64,000 nt of DNA from Actinomycetota bacterium (lineage in GTDB: Bacteria; Actinomycetota; Thermoleophilia; Gaiellales; Gaiellaceae): contig JBKPPY010000020.1 of NCBI GenBank assembly GCA_046733845.1, forward strand, positions 5,534 through 69,533, read 5' to 3'. Of this stretch, positions 55,007 through 62,771 are shown piece by piece. The translations under genes and the position numbers were made by a program. The notes beneath the pieces were generated by a model. That model was given only the letters and a program-made list of their open reading frames with translations. It had not been told where the DNA came from and made no database searches. Every line of letters begins with the position of its first letter. Within the stretch, counting starts at the first letter, position 1.

Positions 55007-55465
55007 CTACTTCAGGCAGATGGCATAGACCGATCCGGATTGAGCGCCTGGCGCGCTGGACGTGGTGTAGATGTTGACCGTCCACCCTGCACCGTCGGCG
55101 GTGGGGAGACTTTGATAACTGGACGACCAGTCTCCGGGGTCCGACCAGCCGCCGGCGATCGCCTTCTGGCCCGCGTCGCAAGTGGCCGTGAAGTTGGCCT
55201 CGCCTCTCGGGTTGAGCGTCCAGGGGGCCGTCTTCACCACGATCAAGCTCGCGGCGCTGCTTGCCGGGCCCGGCTGCTGGGCGGCCTGAGCGATGAGCGC
55301 CGGGGGCGCCTGCCCGTTGAGCTTCTTGGCGTTGTCCGCAACGAGAGCGCGCTTTGCGAGCGGTACGACGGCATTCCCGACGGCGAAGGCCGTTCCCGAC
55401 AGCGCAACGAAGAGCGCAACGAGGGCGACGACCAGCGCCGGGCTTGGGGGCGAAAACCTGCGCAT
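55007..55465 (-). CDS. Small secreted/membrane-anchored hypothetical protein
   Basis: ATG 55465 is preceded by GGGAAGGGAGGGAAGG. Begins MRRFSPPSPALVVALVALFVALSGTAFA. Two Cys in the C-terminal beta-rich part. No family recognised. Confidence 0.5.
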   Translation of the reverse strand: MRRFSPPSPALVVALVALFVALSGTAFAVGNAVVPLAKRALVADNAKKLNGQAPPALIAQAAQQPGPASSAASLIVVKTAPWTLNPRGEANFTATCDAGQKAIAGGWSDPGDWSSSYQSLPTADGAGWTVNIYTTSSAPGAQSGSVYAICLK

Positions 55466-55519
55466 CGCCTTCCCTCCCTTCCCACGATTCCTCATGACAC
55501 GGCCAGGATGGACCGAAGC

Positions 55520-55536
55520 CCTAATACGCGGATAAC
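55520..55536 (+). promoter_or_regulatory. 11-bp-phased direct repeat CCTAAT-N5-GATAAC (candidate SARP box, site 4)
   Basis: Lies in the divergent intergenic region 55466..55598. Confidence 0.3.
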
Positions 55537-55598
55537 GCAGCATTTGGCCCAAGAGCTTTGCCAGGGGCGTAACGGGTGCCACAATCGCCCGGAAGGAC

Positions 55599-58500
55599 AT
55601 GGAATTCCTCATCCTCGGTCCGTCCGTCGAGGTACGAGACGGCGAGCGCACTGTGGCGGTGCGGCGGAAGAGGCAACGCGCCCTCCTCGCCGTCCTGCTC
55701 CTGCGCGCCGGTGAGGTCGTCCCCACGGACATCCTGATCGAGGAGATCTGGGGCGCGAACCCGCCGCGGACCGCCCGCGAGTCGTTGCACAACAACGTCT
55801 CGCAGCTCCGTAAGCTGCTCGGCGAGGGCGTGATCGAGAGGCACGATCCCGGCTACGTCCTGCAGATCGACCCCGGCCAGCTCGACCTCGTCCGCTTCGA
55901 ACGGCTCGTCGCCGACGCTCGCCGGACGGAGTCGGCTGAGACGCGCGCAGCCGGGCTCCGGCAGGCCCTCGCGCTCTGGCGCGGCTCTCCGCTCGCGGAC
56001 CTGGCCTACGAGCCGTTCGCCGACGTCCAGATCGAGCGCCTAGAGGAACTGCGACTTGCAGCGCAGCAGGACCTGGTCGACGCGCAGCTCGACCTCGGCC
56101 GGCATGCAGATGTGGTCGGCGAGCTCGAGGCGCTGATCGCCGTCCATCCGTTCGACGAGCGGCTCCGCTCTCAGCTCATGCTCACGCTGTACCGATCGGG
56201 ACGCCAGGCGGATGCGCTCGCGGTGTACCGGAATGCGCGCCAAGCACTCCTGGACAGCCTGGGGCTCGAGCCCGGCGTGGCGCTGCGCGAGCTCGAGCAG
56301 GCGATCTTGCGCCAGGATCCGTCGCTCGATCTGCCGGCAGTGCTGCCCTCTCTCGAGGAGCGGCGGAAGACGGTGACTGTCCTGGCCTGCGAGGTCGCGC
56401 CGACGGCGTCCGGCCTCGATCCCGAGGAGCTGCGCCGGCTGACCGTGAAAGCGCTCTCCTCCGTCCGCGCAGCAATCGACGGCCACGGCGGCGCGGTCGA
56501 GACGCGGGCGGGCGACGAGCTCCTCGGCATCTTCGGCGTTCCCGCATCGCATGAGGACGACGCGCTGCGTGCCGTTCGGGCAGCCTCGGAGCTCGAGGTC
56601 GAGCTCGGCGACAGCGGGCGAATCGGGATCGACACAGGCGAGGTACTGACTGGCCATGGGTTCGTGTCGGGCGAGGTCGTGGGCCGGGGTAAGGGGCTCG
56701 CCCGGGCCGCCCGCCCTGGAGAGATCCTGCTCGGCGAGGGGACGGTCGGACTGTGCCGCAACGCGGTGCAGGTCGAGCCTGCGAACGGCGCGCACCGGCT
56801 CCTCGGGGTCGAGAAGGCAACGCGGCCGACGGCGCGCGCTCTCGACGCGCCGCTCGTCGGGCGCAGGACCGAGCTGGCAGCACTCCGGGACACGTTCGAG
56901 CACACGCGCAACGGTGGACAGGCGTGTGTCGTCCCCGTTCTGGGCGAGCCCGGAATCGGCAAGACGCGGCTCGCACGCGAGCTCGTCACCGGAGTTCGCG
57001 GCCAGGCAACCGTCCTCGTCGGGCGCTGCGTCTCCTACGGAGCAGGCGCGACCTACCTGCCGCTGCGGGAGATGGTCGCGCAGGCGGGCGGCGACCTGGC
57101 AGAGATCGTCGGCGACGCCGGAACCGTCGGGGAGCAGCTGCTCGCCGTCCGGCGCTTCTTCGAGCGACACGCACGCGAACGCCCGCTCGTGCTCGTGTTC
57201 GACGACGTCCACTGGGCGGAGCCGGCGTTGCTCGACCTCGTCGAGCAGCTGGACGAGAGAACCGAAGGGCCGATCCTGACACTCTGCCTCGCCAGACCTG
57301 AGCTCCGCGATCTTCGCCCTGTCCTGGCCGAGGATGCAATCGAGCTCGGGCCCCTCGGGGAGCAGCAGCTGCGTGCGCTCGTCGACTCGCTGGCCGAGGC
57401 AGCGCCCGACGACGTGCGTGCGCGGGTCGTCGAGAGTGCCGGCGGCAACCCGCTCTTCGCCGAGCAGCTCGTCGCCTACGCCGAAGAAGGAGGCGCAGTC
57501 GACGCCGTTCCCCCCTCCGCGGAGGCGCTCATCGCCGCCCGTCTCGACCTGCTCGAGCCCGAGGAGCGGTCGGTGCTTCAACGTGCCGCGGTGGTCGGAC
57601 GCCTCTTTTCGCGCAGCGCCGTCGAGGAGCTCTCGCCGCCGCACGACCTCGCCGTCGGCGAGTTGCTTCAGCGACTCGGCGAGAAGGGGCTCGTCCACCG
57701 TCGGCGCGGCGGCTTCCGCTTCCACCACGTGCTCGTGCGCGACGTCGCCTACGCGTCGCTGCCGAAGGCCGAGCGCGCGCGGCTGCACGAGCGCCTGGGC
57801 GACTGGCTCGACGAGCAGGGCGAGCCCGACGAGCTCGTCGGCTACCACCTCGAGCAGGCCTACCGCCTGCGGGCAGAGCTGGGCCGCATCAACGGACGAG
57901 CACGGCGGCTCGCCGCCGACGCGGGCCAACGGCTGGGCGCGGCCGGCATCGGGGCGTGGAAGCGCGGTGATACTCCCGCGACCATCAGCCTGCTCGAACG
58001 GGCTGTTCAGCTGCTGCCCGAACGAAGCACTCACCGAGTTGAGCTGCTGTGCGAGCTCGGCATCGCGAGACGTACCGGCGAGGAGCTCGCATCCGCCGAG
58101 AGCACGCTCGCGAATGCCGCCGAAACGGCGCTCGCAGCCGGCGATCGCCGGCTCGAGATGCGAGCGCGACTCGAGCTTGCCGCGGTGCGGCTCTTCAGTA
58201 GTCCCGAAGGACGTGCAGACGATCTGCTCGATCTCGCTGCCAGCGCGCTTCCACTATTCGAGGCAGTTGCCGATCAACGCTGCCTCGGAAGAACATGGCA
58301 GTCGATCGCCGTCGTTCAGGGGCCGATGCGCTGCATGCATAGCGCGGCCGCGGAGGCAGCCGGCCGAGCCGTCGTCCATCAGCAAGCCGCCGGATGGCCG
58401 GTCTCGGCGTCGCTTGGAGTGCTCGCAGCATCTCTCCAAAATGGCCCGACACCAGTTCCGGAGGCGATCCAGCGCTGCAGGAAACTCCTGTTAACCGCGG

Positions 58501-59156
58501 ATCTCGCCGGTCAGGCGAACATCCTTGCTCCCCTGGGCGCCCTCGAGGCGATGCGTGGCCGCTTCGCCGAGGCGCGCAAGCTCGTTCGACGAGCGGCGGA
58601 GACGTATCAGCAGCTCGGGCAAACCTCCACCTCAGAGGCCAACTGCGGCGCCGTCATGGGGCGTGTGGAGTTGCTCGCCGGCGACCTTTCTGCTTCGGAA
58701 CGGGCATTGAGAGCGAGCTGCGAGACCCTCGAGGAGGTCGGCGATCGGTCGTACCTGGCCAGCGCTGCGGCCGAGCTGGCCGACGTTCTGCTCATCCAGG
58801 GTCGAGATGACGACGCTGACCCATGGTGTCGGACGGCCGAAGCTCTAGGCGCGTCGGACGACGTTCTGACCCAGATTCTCTGGCGGACGGCTCGTTCTCG
58901 GTTGCTCGCGAGGAGGGGTGCTCTCAACGAAGCCGAGGACCTCGTCCGGGCAGCGGAGCGGCTCGCGCAGGGTACGGACGGCCTGAACCGACAGGCGAAG
59001 GTGCTTCTCGATCTCGCAGAAGTCCTGCGACTCGGCGGTCAAGCCGCAGCCGCCGCAGAGGCCATGAATGCAGCGATCAATGCGTTCGAGCGCAAGGGGA
59101 ATTTGGTCGGCGTGAGGGAGACCCGCGCCCTCCTCAAAGAGCTCGCGATGACCTGA
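55599..59156 (+). CDS. SARP-family regulator: OmpR-type winged HTH + BTAD + class III cyclase-homology domain + P-loop STAND ATPase + TPR-like repeats
   Basis: wHTH/BTAD (ALLAVLLLRAGEVV, LALWRGSPLADLAYEPFA, LMLTLYRSGRQADAL). Cyclase-like segment VTVLACEV...AGDELLGIFG...RIGIDTGEV. Walker A GEPGIGKT and Walker B LVLVFDDVHWAE. Helical repeats run to the C-terminus. Confidence 0.85.
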   Translation: MEFLILGPSVEVRDGERTVAVRRKRQRALLAVLLLRAGEVVPTDILIEEIWGANPPRTARESLHNNVSQLRKLLGEGVIERHDPGYVLQIDPGQLDLVRFERLVADARRTESAETRAAGLRQALALWRGSPLADLAYEPFADVQIERLEELRLAAQQDLVDAQLDLGRHADVVGELEALIAVHPFDERLRSQLMLTLYRSGRQADALAVYRNARQALLDSLGLEPGVALRELEQAILRQDPSLDLPAVLPSLEERRKTVTVLACEVAPTASGLDPEELRRLTVKALSSVRAAIDGHGGAVETRAGDELLGIFGVPASHEDDALRAVRAASELEVELGDSGRIGIDTGEVLTGHGFVSGEVVGRGKGLARAARPGEILLGEGTVGLCRNAVQVEPANGAHRLLGVEKATRPTARALDAPLVGRRTELAALRDTFEHTRNGGQACVVPVLGEPGIGKTRLARELVTGVRGQATVLVGRCVSYGAGATYLPLREMVAQAGGDLAEIVGDAGTVGEQLLAVRRFFERHARERPLVLVFDDVHWAEPALLDLVEQLDERTEGPILTLCLARPELRDLRPVLAEDAIELGPLGEQQLRALVDSLAEAAPDDVRARVVESAGGNPLFAEQLVAYAEEGGAVDAVPPSAEALIAARLDLLEPEERSVLQRAAVVGRLFSRSAVEELSPPHDLAVGELLQRLGEKGLVHRRRGGFRFHHVLVRDVAYASLPKAERARLHERLGDWLDEQGEPDELVGYHLEQAYRLRAELGRINGRARRLAADAGQRLGAAGIGAWKRGDTPATISLLERAVQLLPERSTHRVELLCELGIARRTGEELASAESTLANAAETALAAGDRRLEMRARLELAAVRLFSSPEGRADDLLDLAASALPLFEAVADQRCLGRTWQSIAVVQGPMRCMHSAAAEAAGRAVVHQQAAGWPVSASLGVLAASLQNGPTPVPEAIQRCRKLLLTADLAGQANILAPLGALEAMRGRFAEARKLVRRAAETYQQLGQTSTSEANCGAVMGRVELLAGDLSASERALRASCETLEEVGDRSYLASAAAELADVLLIQGRDDDADPWCRTAEALGASDDVLTQILWRTARSRLLARRGALNEAEDLVRAAERLAQGTDGLNRQAKVLLDLAEVLRLGGQAAAAAEAMNAAINAFERKGNLVGVRETRALLKELAMT

Positions 59157-59165
59157 GCGGAAGCA

Positions 59166-59195
59166 ACACGAAGAGCCCCTCAGGGCTCTTCGTGT
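59166..59195. terminator. 13-bp perfect hairpin ACACGAAGAGCCC-CTCA-GGGCTCTTCGTGT
   Basis: Starts 10 nt after the SARP stop and lies 18 nt beyond the stop of the minus-strand mini-ORF. No T-tract, so it could act in both directions. Confidence 0.6.
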
Positions 59196-59212
59196 CTCGT
59201 CGAGGCTGGCGA

Positions 59213-59260
59213 TCAGTCCTGCCGGCCGCCGCCTCCGCCGTTCTCCGGCATTCCGGTCAT
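59213..59260 (-). CDS. Mini-ORF, 15 aa MTGMPENGGGGGRQD
   Basis: AAAGGAGGTGAGCGCC precedes the ATG. Inverted paralogue of 59443..59481. Confidence 0.3.
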   Translation of the reverse strand: MTGMPENGGGGGRQD

Positions 59261-59322
59261 GGCGCTCACCTCCTTTCGGAGGCCCACTCCACGACCAGGC
59301 GCTCACCGCGCCCCAATCGCCG

Positions 59323-59339
59323 GCTAATGGCTCGCTAAC
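59323..59339 (+). promoter_or_regulatory. 11-bp-phased direct repeat GCTAAT-N5-GCTAAC (candidate SARP box, site 1)
   Basis: Lies between the two divergent mini-ORFs, left of centre. The second repeat forms the loop of GGCTC-GCTAAC-GAGCC. Confidence 0.3.
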
Positions 59340-59386
59340 GAGCCCAGAGGGCGCGGACGCTTGGCGTCAGCGCTCGCGTAGGTCCC

Positions 59387-59415
59387 TTGACCCAGGGTCG
59401 CTCCGGCGAGAGGAT
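59387..59415 (+). promoter_or_regulatory. Sigma-70-like promoter TTGACC-N17-GAGGAT upstream of the plus-strand mini-ORF
   Basis: The -35 box (59387..59392) and -10 box (59410..59415) were read directly. The predicted short 5' UTR contains the SD GGAGGTGA. Confidence 0.35.
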
Positions 59416-59442
59416 CGGCCGGCCAGTCAGAGGAGGTGAGCC

Positions 59443-59481
59443 ATGATCGGAATGCCGGGCAACGGCGGCGGCCCGCGTTAA
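59443..59481 (+). CDS. Mini-ORF, 12 aa MIGMPGNGGGPR
   Basis: CAGAGGAGGTGAGCC precedes the ATG. Inverted paralogue of 59213..59260. Confidence 0.3.
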   Translation: MIGMPGNGGGPR

Positions 59482-59491
59482 GGCACCGAGA

Positions 59492-59520
59492 GATCCGGGG
59501 GCTTGTCGGCCCCTCGGATC
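59492..59520. terminator. Hairpin GATCCGGGGGC-TTGTCG-GCCCC(T)CGGATC
   Basis: 11-bp stem with one bulge, between the mini-ORF stop (59481) and the MFS stop (59528). Confidence 0.5.
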
Positions 59521-59527
59521 CTGGTCG

Positions 59528-60739
59528 CTAGCGGATCCGAAGACGGCGCACGCTCGGCGTCAGCGAGACGCCGATGCAGGCGGAGGCCTGCACGGTCGCC
59601 GAGGCCAGAAGAGTCGCGGGCACGCCAATAACGACCGCCAGCGGGCCGGCCAGCGCGAAGCCGGCTGGTTGCAGCACGACAGAGCCCAGCCAGTCGTACG
59701 AGCTGACGCGGGAAAGCGCCTGGCGCGGGATGCGCTCCTGAAGCGCGGTGAACCACACTGCATTCGAGAAGCCGGAGGCGCCGAAGCCGATCGCGGCGGC
59801 AACGGCGATCAACGCCGTCGGGAACGGCCGCGCAAGGAGCGCCGGCTCGAGCGCCCAGAGCGAGACGGCGAGCCCTCCGACGAACAGCGGGCGCCTGAGG
59901 CGCAGCCGCAGCGCGACCGCGTCGCCGAGCACCGCTCCGATTCCGCCGGCCGTCCCGATCACACCCCAGGCGGCCGCCCCGCCCAGCGACTCCTTCGCGA
60001 CGAGCGGCCCGAGCACGAAGAGGGGCGTGATCGCCAGGTTCGAGATCGAGAAGCGGAGCACTGTCACCCAGACCCAGGTCCGGCTCCTGACCTCGAGCCA
60101 GCCGGCGCGCAGCTCGGCGAGCACACCCGCCCGCGGATGCTGGTCCGGTGACCACGGAAGTGACAGCAAGGCGAGCGAGAGGCTCGACACGGCGAAGGTC
60201 GCCGCGTCGACCGCGAAGACCCAGCCCGGGCCGACGCTGGCGACGAGCAGTCCCGAGATCGTCGGGCCCGCAACGAATGCGACGCTCCGCGACAGACTCA
60301 TGAGCGCATTCGCCTCCTGCAGACGCTCGGAGGGCACGGTTTCGGGCACGAGCCCCGTCGACGCCGGCGAGAAGAAGGCGTCTCCCGCTCCGAAAAGGGC
60401 AAAGAGGACGACCAGTTGCCACACCTCCGCCTGCCCGCTGATCAGCAACAGAGCGGCGAGCCCCTGCGAGGCGGTGCGAACGAGGTCGGCGGCGAGCATC
60501 ACGCTCTGGCGCGGCAGCCGGTCGGCGACAACTCCGCCGAGGAGGAGGAACACGACCCGCGAGGCGAATGCGGTCGCCAGAACGAGCCCGAGTGCCGATG
60601 CCGAGCCGGTCAGCTCGAGGACCGCGAACGCGAGTGCCACCGGGACGAGGCTCGATCCCAGCGCCGACGTCGCCTGCCCGAGCCACAGGAGCCTGAAGGT
60701 TCCCTCCTCCAGCACCCCGAGCCTCCCGGCGGCGAGCAT
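59528..60739 (-). CDS. MFS transporter (efflux-type)
   Basis: 12-TM MFS pattern (FRLLWLGQATSALGSS, GGVVADRLPRQ). ATG 60739 is preferred; GTG 60757 is the alternative. Confidence 0.85.
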   Translation of the reverse strand: MLAAGRLGVLEEGTFRLLWLGQATSALGSSLVPVALAFAVLELTGSASALGLVLATAFASRVVFLLLGGVVADRLPRQSVMLAADLVRTASQGLAALLLISGQAEVWQLVVLFALFGAGDAFFSPASTGLVPETVPSERLQEANALMSLSRSVAFVAGPTISGLLVASVGPGWVFAVDAATFAVSSLSLALLSLPWSPDQHPRAGVLAELRAGWLEVRSRTWVWVTVLRFSISNLAITPLFVLGPLVAKESLGGAAAWGVIGTAGGIGAVLGDAVALRLRLRRPLFVGGLAVSLWALEPALLARPFPTALIAVAAAIGFGASGFSNAVWFTALQERIPRQALSRVSSYDWLGSVVLQPAGFALAGPLAVVIGVPATLLASATVQASACIGVSLTPSVRRLRIR

Positions 60740-60760
60740 GACGCGAGACTTTCGCACGTC

Positions 60761-60777
60761 GCTAACTTCCGGCTAAT
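60761..60777 (+). promoter_or_regulatory. 11-bp-phased direct repeat GCTAAC-N5-GCTAAT (candidate SARP box, site 2)
   Basis: Lies in the 30-48 bp gap between the hydrolase-like gene stop (60788) and the MFS start. Confidence 0.3.
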
Positions 60778-60787
60778 ACCGGGAGCC

Positions 60788-61636
60788 TCAGCAGATCGCC
60801 CCAGGCGGAATCGCGCCGCCCGGCCGGAACGTGACCCGCCGCCCGGGGTTGCGACCGGCGAGGATTGCGGCCCCGTAGTCCCAGAGGTCGTGCCCGTGTC
60901 TGCTGGTCGTGACCCAGGCCGCGACCGGGCGTCCCACCGTTCGGGCGAGCTTCGAGAGGGTCCCGGCGTTCGCGTCGCGATTGCAGGTCGCGCCACGGAA
61001 GAACCGCTCCTCGTCGGGCGAGAGGCTCCAGATGTCGGTGAACCGCGTCCCGCCCCGGACGAGACGGGCAAGGCCCGCAACGCCGGCGCTTCGCCGCCGC
61101 AGGGCGGCTTCCGATCCGCCCGTCTCCTGGTCGATCTCCTGCGCCGTCTCGTGCGTGTCGGGCAGCAGCTTCCGCCGTGCGACCAGGTCGAGGTAGGAGT
61201 CGATGACGATCAGCCGGTCTGGGCGGATCTCGGGATGATGCGAGGCCAGCGTCGCGACGCCGAAGCCCGAGTACGAGACGCCGATCAGAACCAGCTCCCC
61301 GCCCACTCTCCGGTGAACCGCGCGGATCTTCTCGGCGAGCTGCGCAAGGTAGTGCGGCTCGCCCCAGTCGAGGTGCCGATCCGCCCGGAGGCCGGGTCCG
61401 AGGTAGCCGTCCTTCGAGTAGCGCCCGCATAGCAGCGTGTACCGGCTGCGTCGCGCGAGTCGACGGAGCTGCTCGCAGTACGCCCAGCCGCCGCTCGTGA
61501 CCATGAGACCGCGCGGATCGGGAACGGCGTACAGGGTCGTCACGACGGACGCGGGGCCGCCTCCCGCGGAGGCGACCCCTGCTCCGATCGAGACGACGAG
61601 CGCGCTCACCGCCGCCGCCTGCCGGAGGCTCCTCAC
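60788..61636 (-). CDS. Secreted hypothetical protein, possibly alpha/beta-hydrolase fold
   Basis: From GTG 61636 (GTGA overlap) the sequence reads VRSLRQAAAVSALVVSIGAGVASAGG (signal). Contains a nucleophile-elbow-like LIGVSYSGFG. The listed 635-aa ORF is a composite. Confidence 0.5.
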   Translation of the reverse strand: MRSLRQAAAVSALVVSIGAGVASAGGGPASVVTTLYAVPDPRGLMVTSGGWAYCEQLRRLARRSRYTLLCGRYSKDGYLGPGLRADRHLDWGEPHYLAQLAEKIRAVHRRVGGELVLIGVSYSGFGVATLASHHPEIRPDRLIVIDSYLDLVARRKLLPDTHETAQEIDQETGGSEAALRRRSAGVAGLARLVRGGTRFTDIWSLSPDEERFFRGATCNRDANAGTLSKLARTVGRPVAAWVTTSRHGHDLWDYGAAILAGRNPGRRVTFRPGGAIPPGAIC

Positions 61637-62670
61637 AGCGCCTGCCCGTTGCGGACGATGAAGACCTGACCGGACGAGCTGTGGTTGCCGCGGATGTCCG
61701 TCACAGTCACCCGAAGGATGTAGATGCCGTTCGGGATGCGGGCGCTGTCGAAGGCGACCCGGCTGAGCTTGTAGAGGTACACACCCGGCTCCCGCCACGC
61801 GCGCTGGCCGTTGAAGGTGGCCATGTTCTGCCGGGTACCGCGGGCGTAGCACTGCCAGAAGTCGTCGTGCGGCAGCGTCGTGCGAACGTCGAACGCGGTC
61901 CGCTCGGGAAGGACGACTTTGCCGCTCTTCGCCGACTCGACCCGCCACGTGACCAGTGCCGGCGCGACCGGCAGATCGGCCCAGTCGTCGGGAACACGCA
62001 AAGAAGGCATGTCGTAGGCCTGGGCGACCAGGACGACGCGGCCGTGCACGTACTCCGGGAGGATCTCGGGGCCCGTGTCGGACTCGCGGAACGAAATCGA
62101 GCTCACGCGCGGAACGGTGGTGTCCTGGTACGGGCCCAGGTGCCCCGGCGCGAGCGGGTTCACGATCCGGCCGTGGTCGATCTCGGTGAAGTGGACGTGC
62201 CCGTACCCCTTCATCACGTGACCGAGCACCGTCTTGAAGGCCTCGACCTTCTGGCCGGGCTCGACCGTCGGCACGATGTGCCAGTACTCGGCGACGAAGC
62301 CGCTGCCCGAGTCGACTGCGACCACCCGGGCATTGATCAGCGTGGCGGTTCCCGAGCGGACGGGATAGACCGCAGTGCCGTCGGGAGTCGAGATGTCGAC
62401 GCCGAAGTGCAGCGCGAAGATGCCCGAGCTGGTCATCAGGCCGCGCGGGGTCGGCGGGCCCGCGAACGTCGTGCGCGGGTCGCCGAAGTTGCCGCGAACG
62501 GGATGGGGCCGGTCGAACGGCTTGACGGGCCAGTTGTAGCCGCTGCCGGCCGCCGAAGCCCGTCCGGCCGGGATCGCGAAGGAGATCGCCGTCACTGCGA
62601 ACGAGAGCGTGAGGAGGGACAGGACGATGGGGCGCAGGGCGCCGCCGCGGATATGTGTGTGAGTGAACAT
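61633..62670 (-). CDS. Secreted M23-family metallopeptidase with C-terminal extension
   Basis: Signal peptide, HFGVDISTPDGTAVY (HxxxD) and GHVHFTE (HxH). Confidence 0.7.
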   Translation of the reverse strand: MFTHTHIRGGALRPIVLSLLTLSFAVTAISFAIPAGRASAAGSGYNWPVKPFDRPHPVRGNFGDPRTTFAGPPTPRGLMTSSGIFALHFGVDISTPDGTAVYPVRSGTATLINARVVAVDSGSGFVAEYWHIVPTVEPGQKVEAFKTVLGHVMKGYGHVHFTEIDHGRIVNPLAPGHLGPYQDTTVPRVSSISFRESDTGPEILPEYVHGRVVLVAQAYDMPSLRVPDDWADLPVAPALVTWRVESAKSGKVVLPERTAFDVRTTLPHDDFWQCYARGTRQNMATFNGQRAWREPGVYLYKLSRVAFDSARIPNGIYILRVTVTDIRGNHSSSGQVFIVRNGQAL

Positions 62671-62713
62671 GCGGCCACGCTCGGGCCGCGCTCAAACCGC
62701 TCCCTCAGCGCCC

Positions 62714-62730
62714 GCTAACGGCGCTCTAAT
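62714..62730 (+). promoter_or_regulatory. 11-bp-phased direct repeat GCTAAC-N5-TCTAAT (candidate SARP box, site 3)
   Basis: Lies in the divergent intergenic region 62671..62771. The first repeat forms the loop of AGCGCC-CGCTAAC-GGCGCT. Confidence 0.3.
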
Positions 62731-62771
62731 CGGGTCTGGTCAACGGATGTGCAGAGTGCTACAAGGGCTCT

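Noticed and set aside
59225-59478. The two mini-ORF arms read as a simple long hairpin or attenuator for a neighbouring gene.
   Set aside because: Both flanking genes (the SARP and the MFS transporter) end, rather than start, next to the arms. No downstream gene exists to attenuate. The MITE interpretation could not be excluded and is kept inside the finding.
60788-62695. A single 635-aa ORF spanning the M23 peptidase region.
   Set aside because: Only its last 282 codons make sense: a signal peptide at GTG 61636 coupled by GTGA to the M23 stop. The upstream part is Arg-rich and runs out of frame through the well-supported M23 gene (61633..62670).
59334-62720. GCTAAC-containing hairpin loops (59329..59344 and 62708..62726) as a dedicated RNA motif or as -10 promoter boxes.
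   Set aside because: Only three cases exist, and they have different stems. As -10 boxes most of them lack the conserved final T. I therefore report only the phased direct-repeat pattern and leave the RNA idea open.
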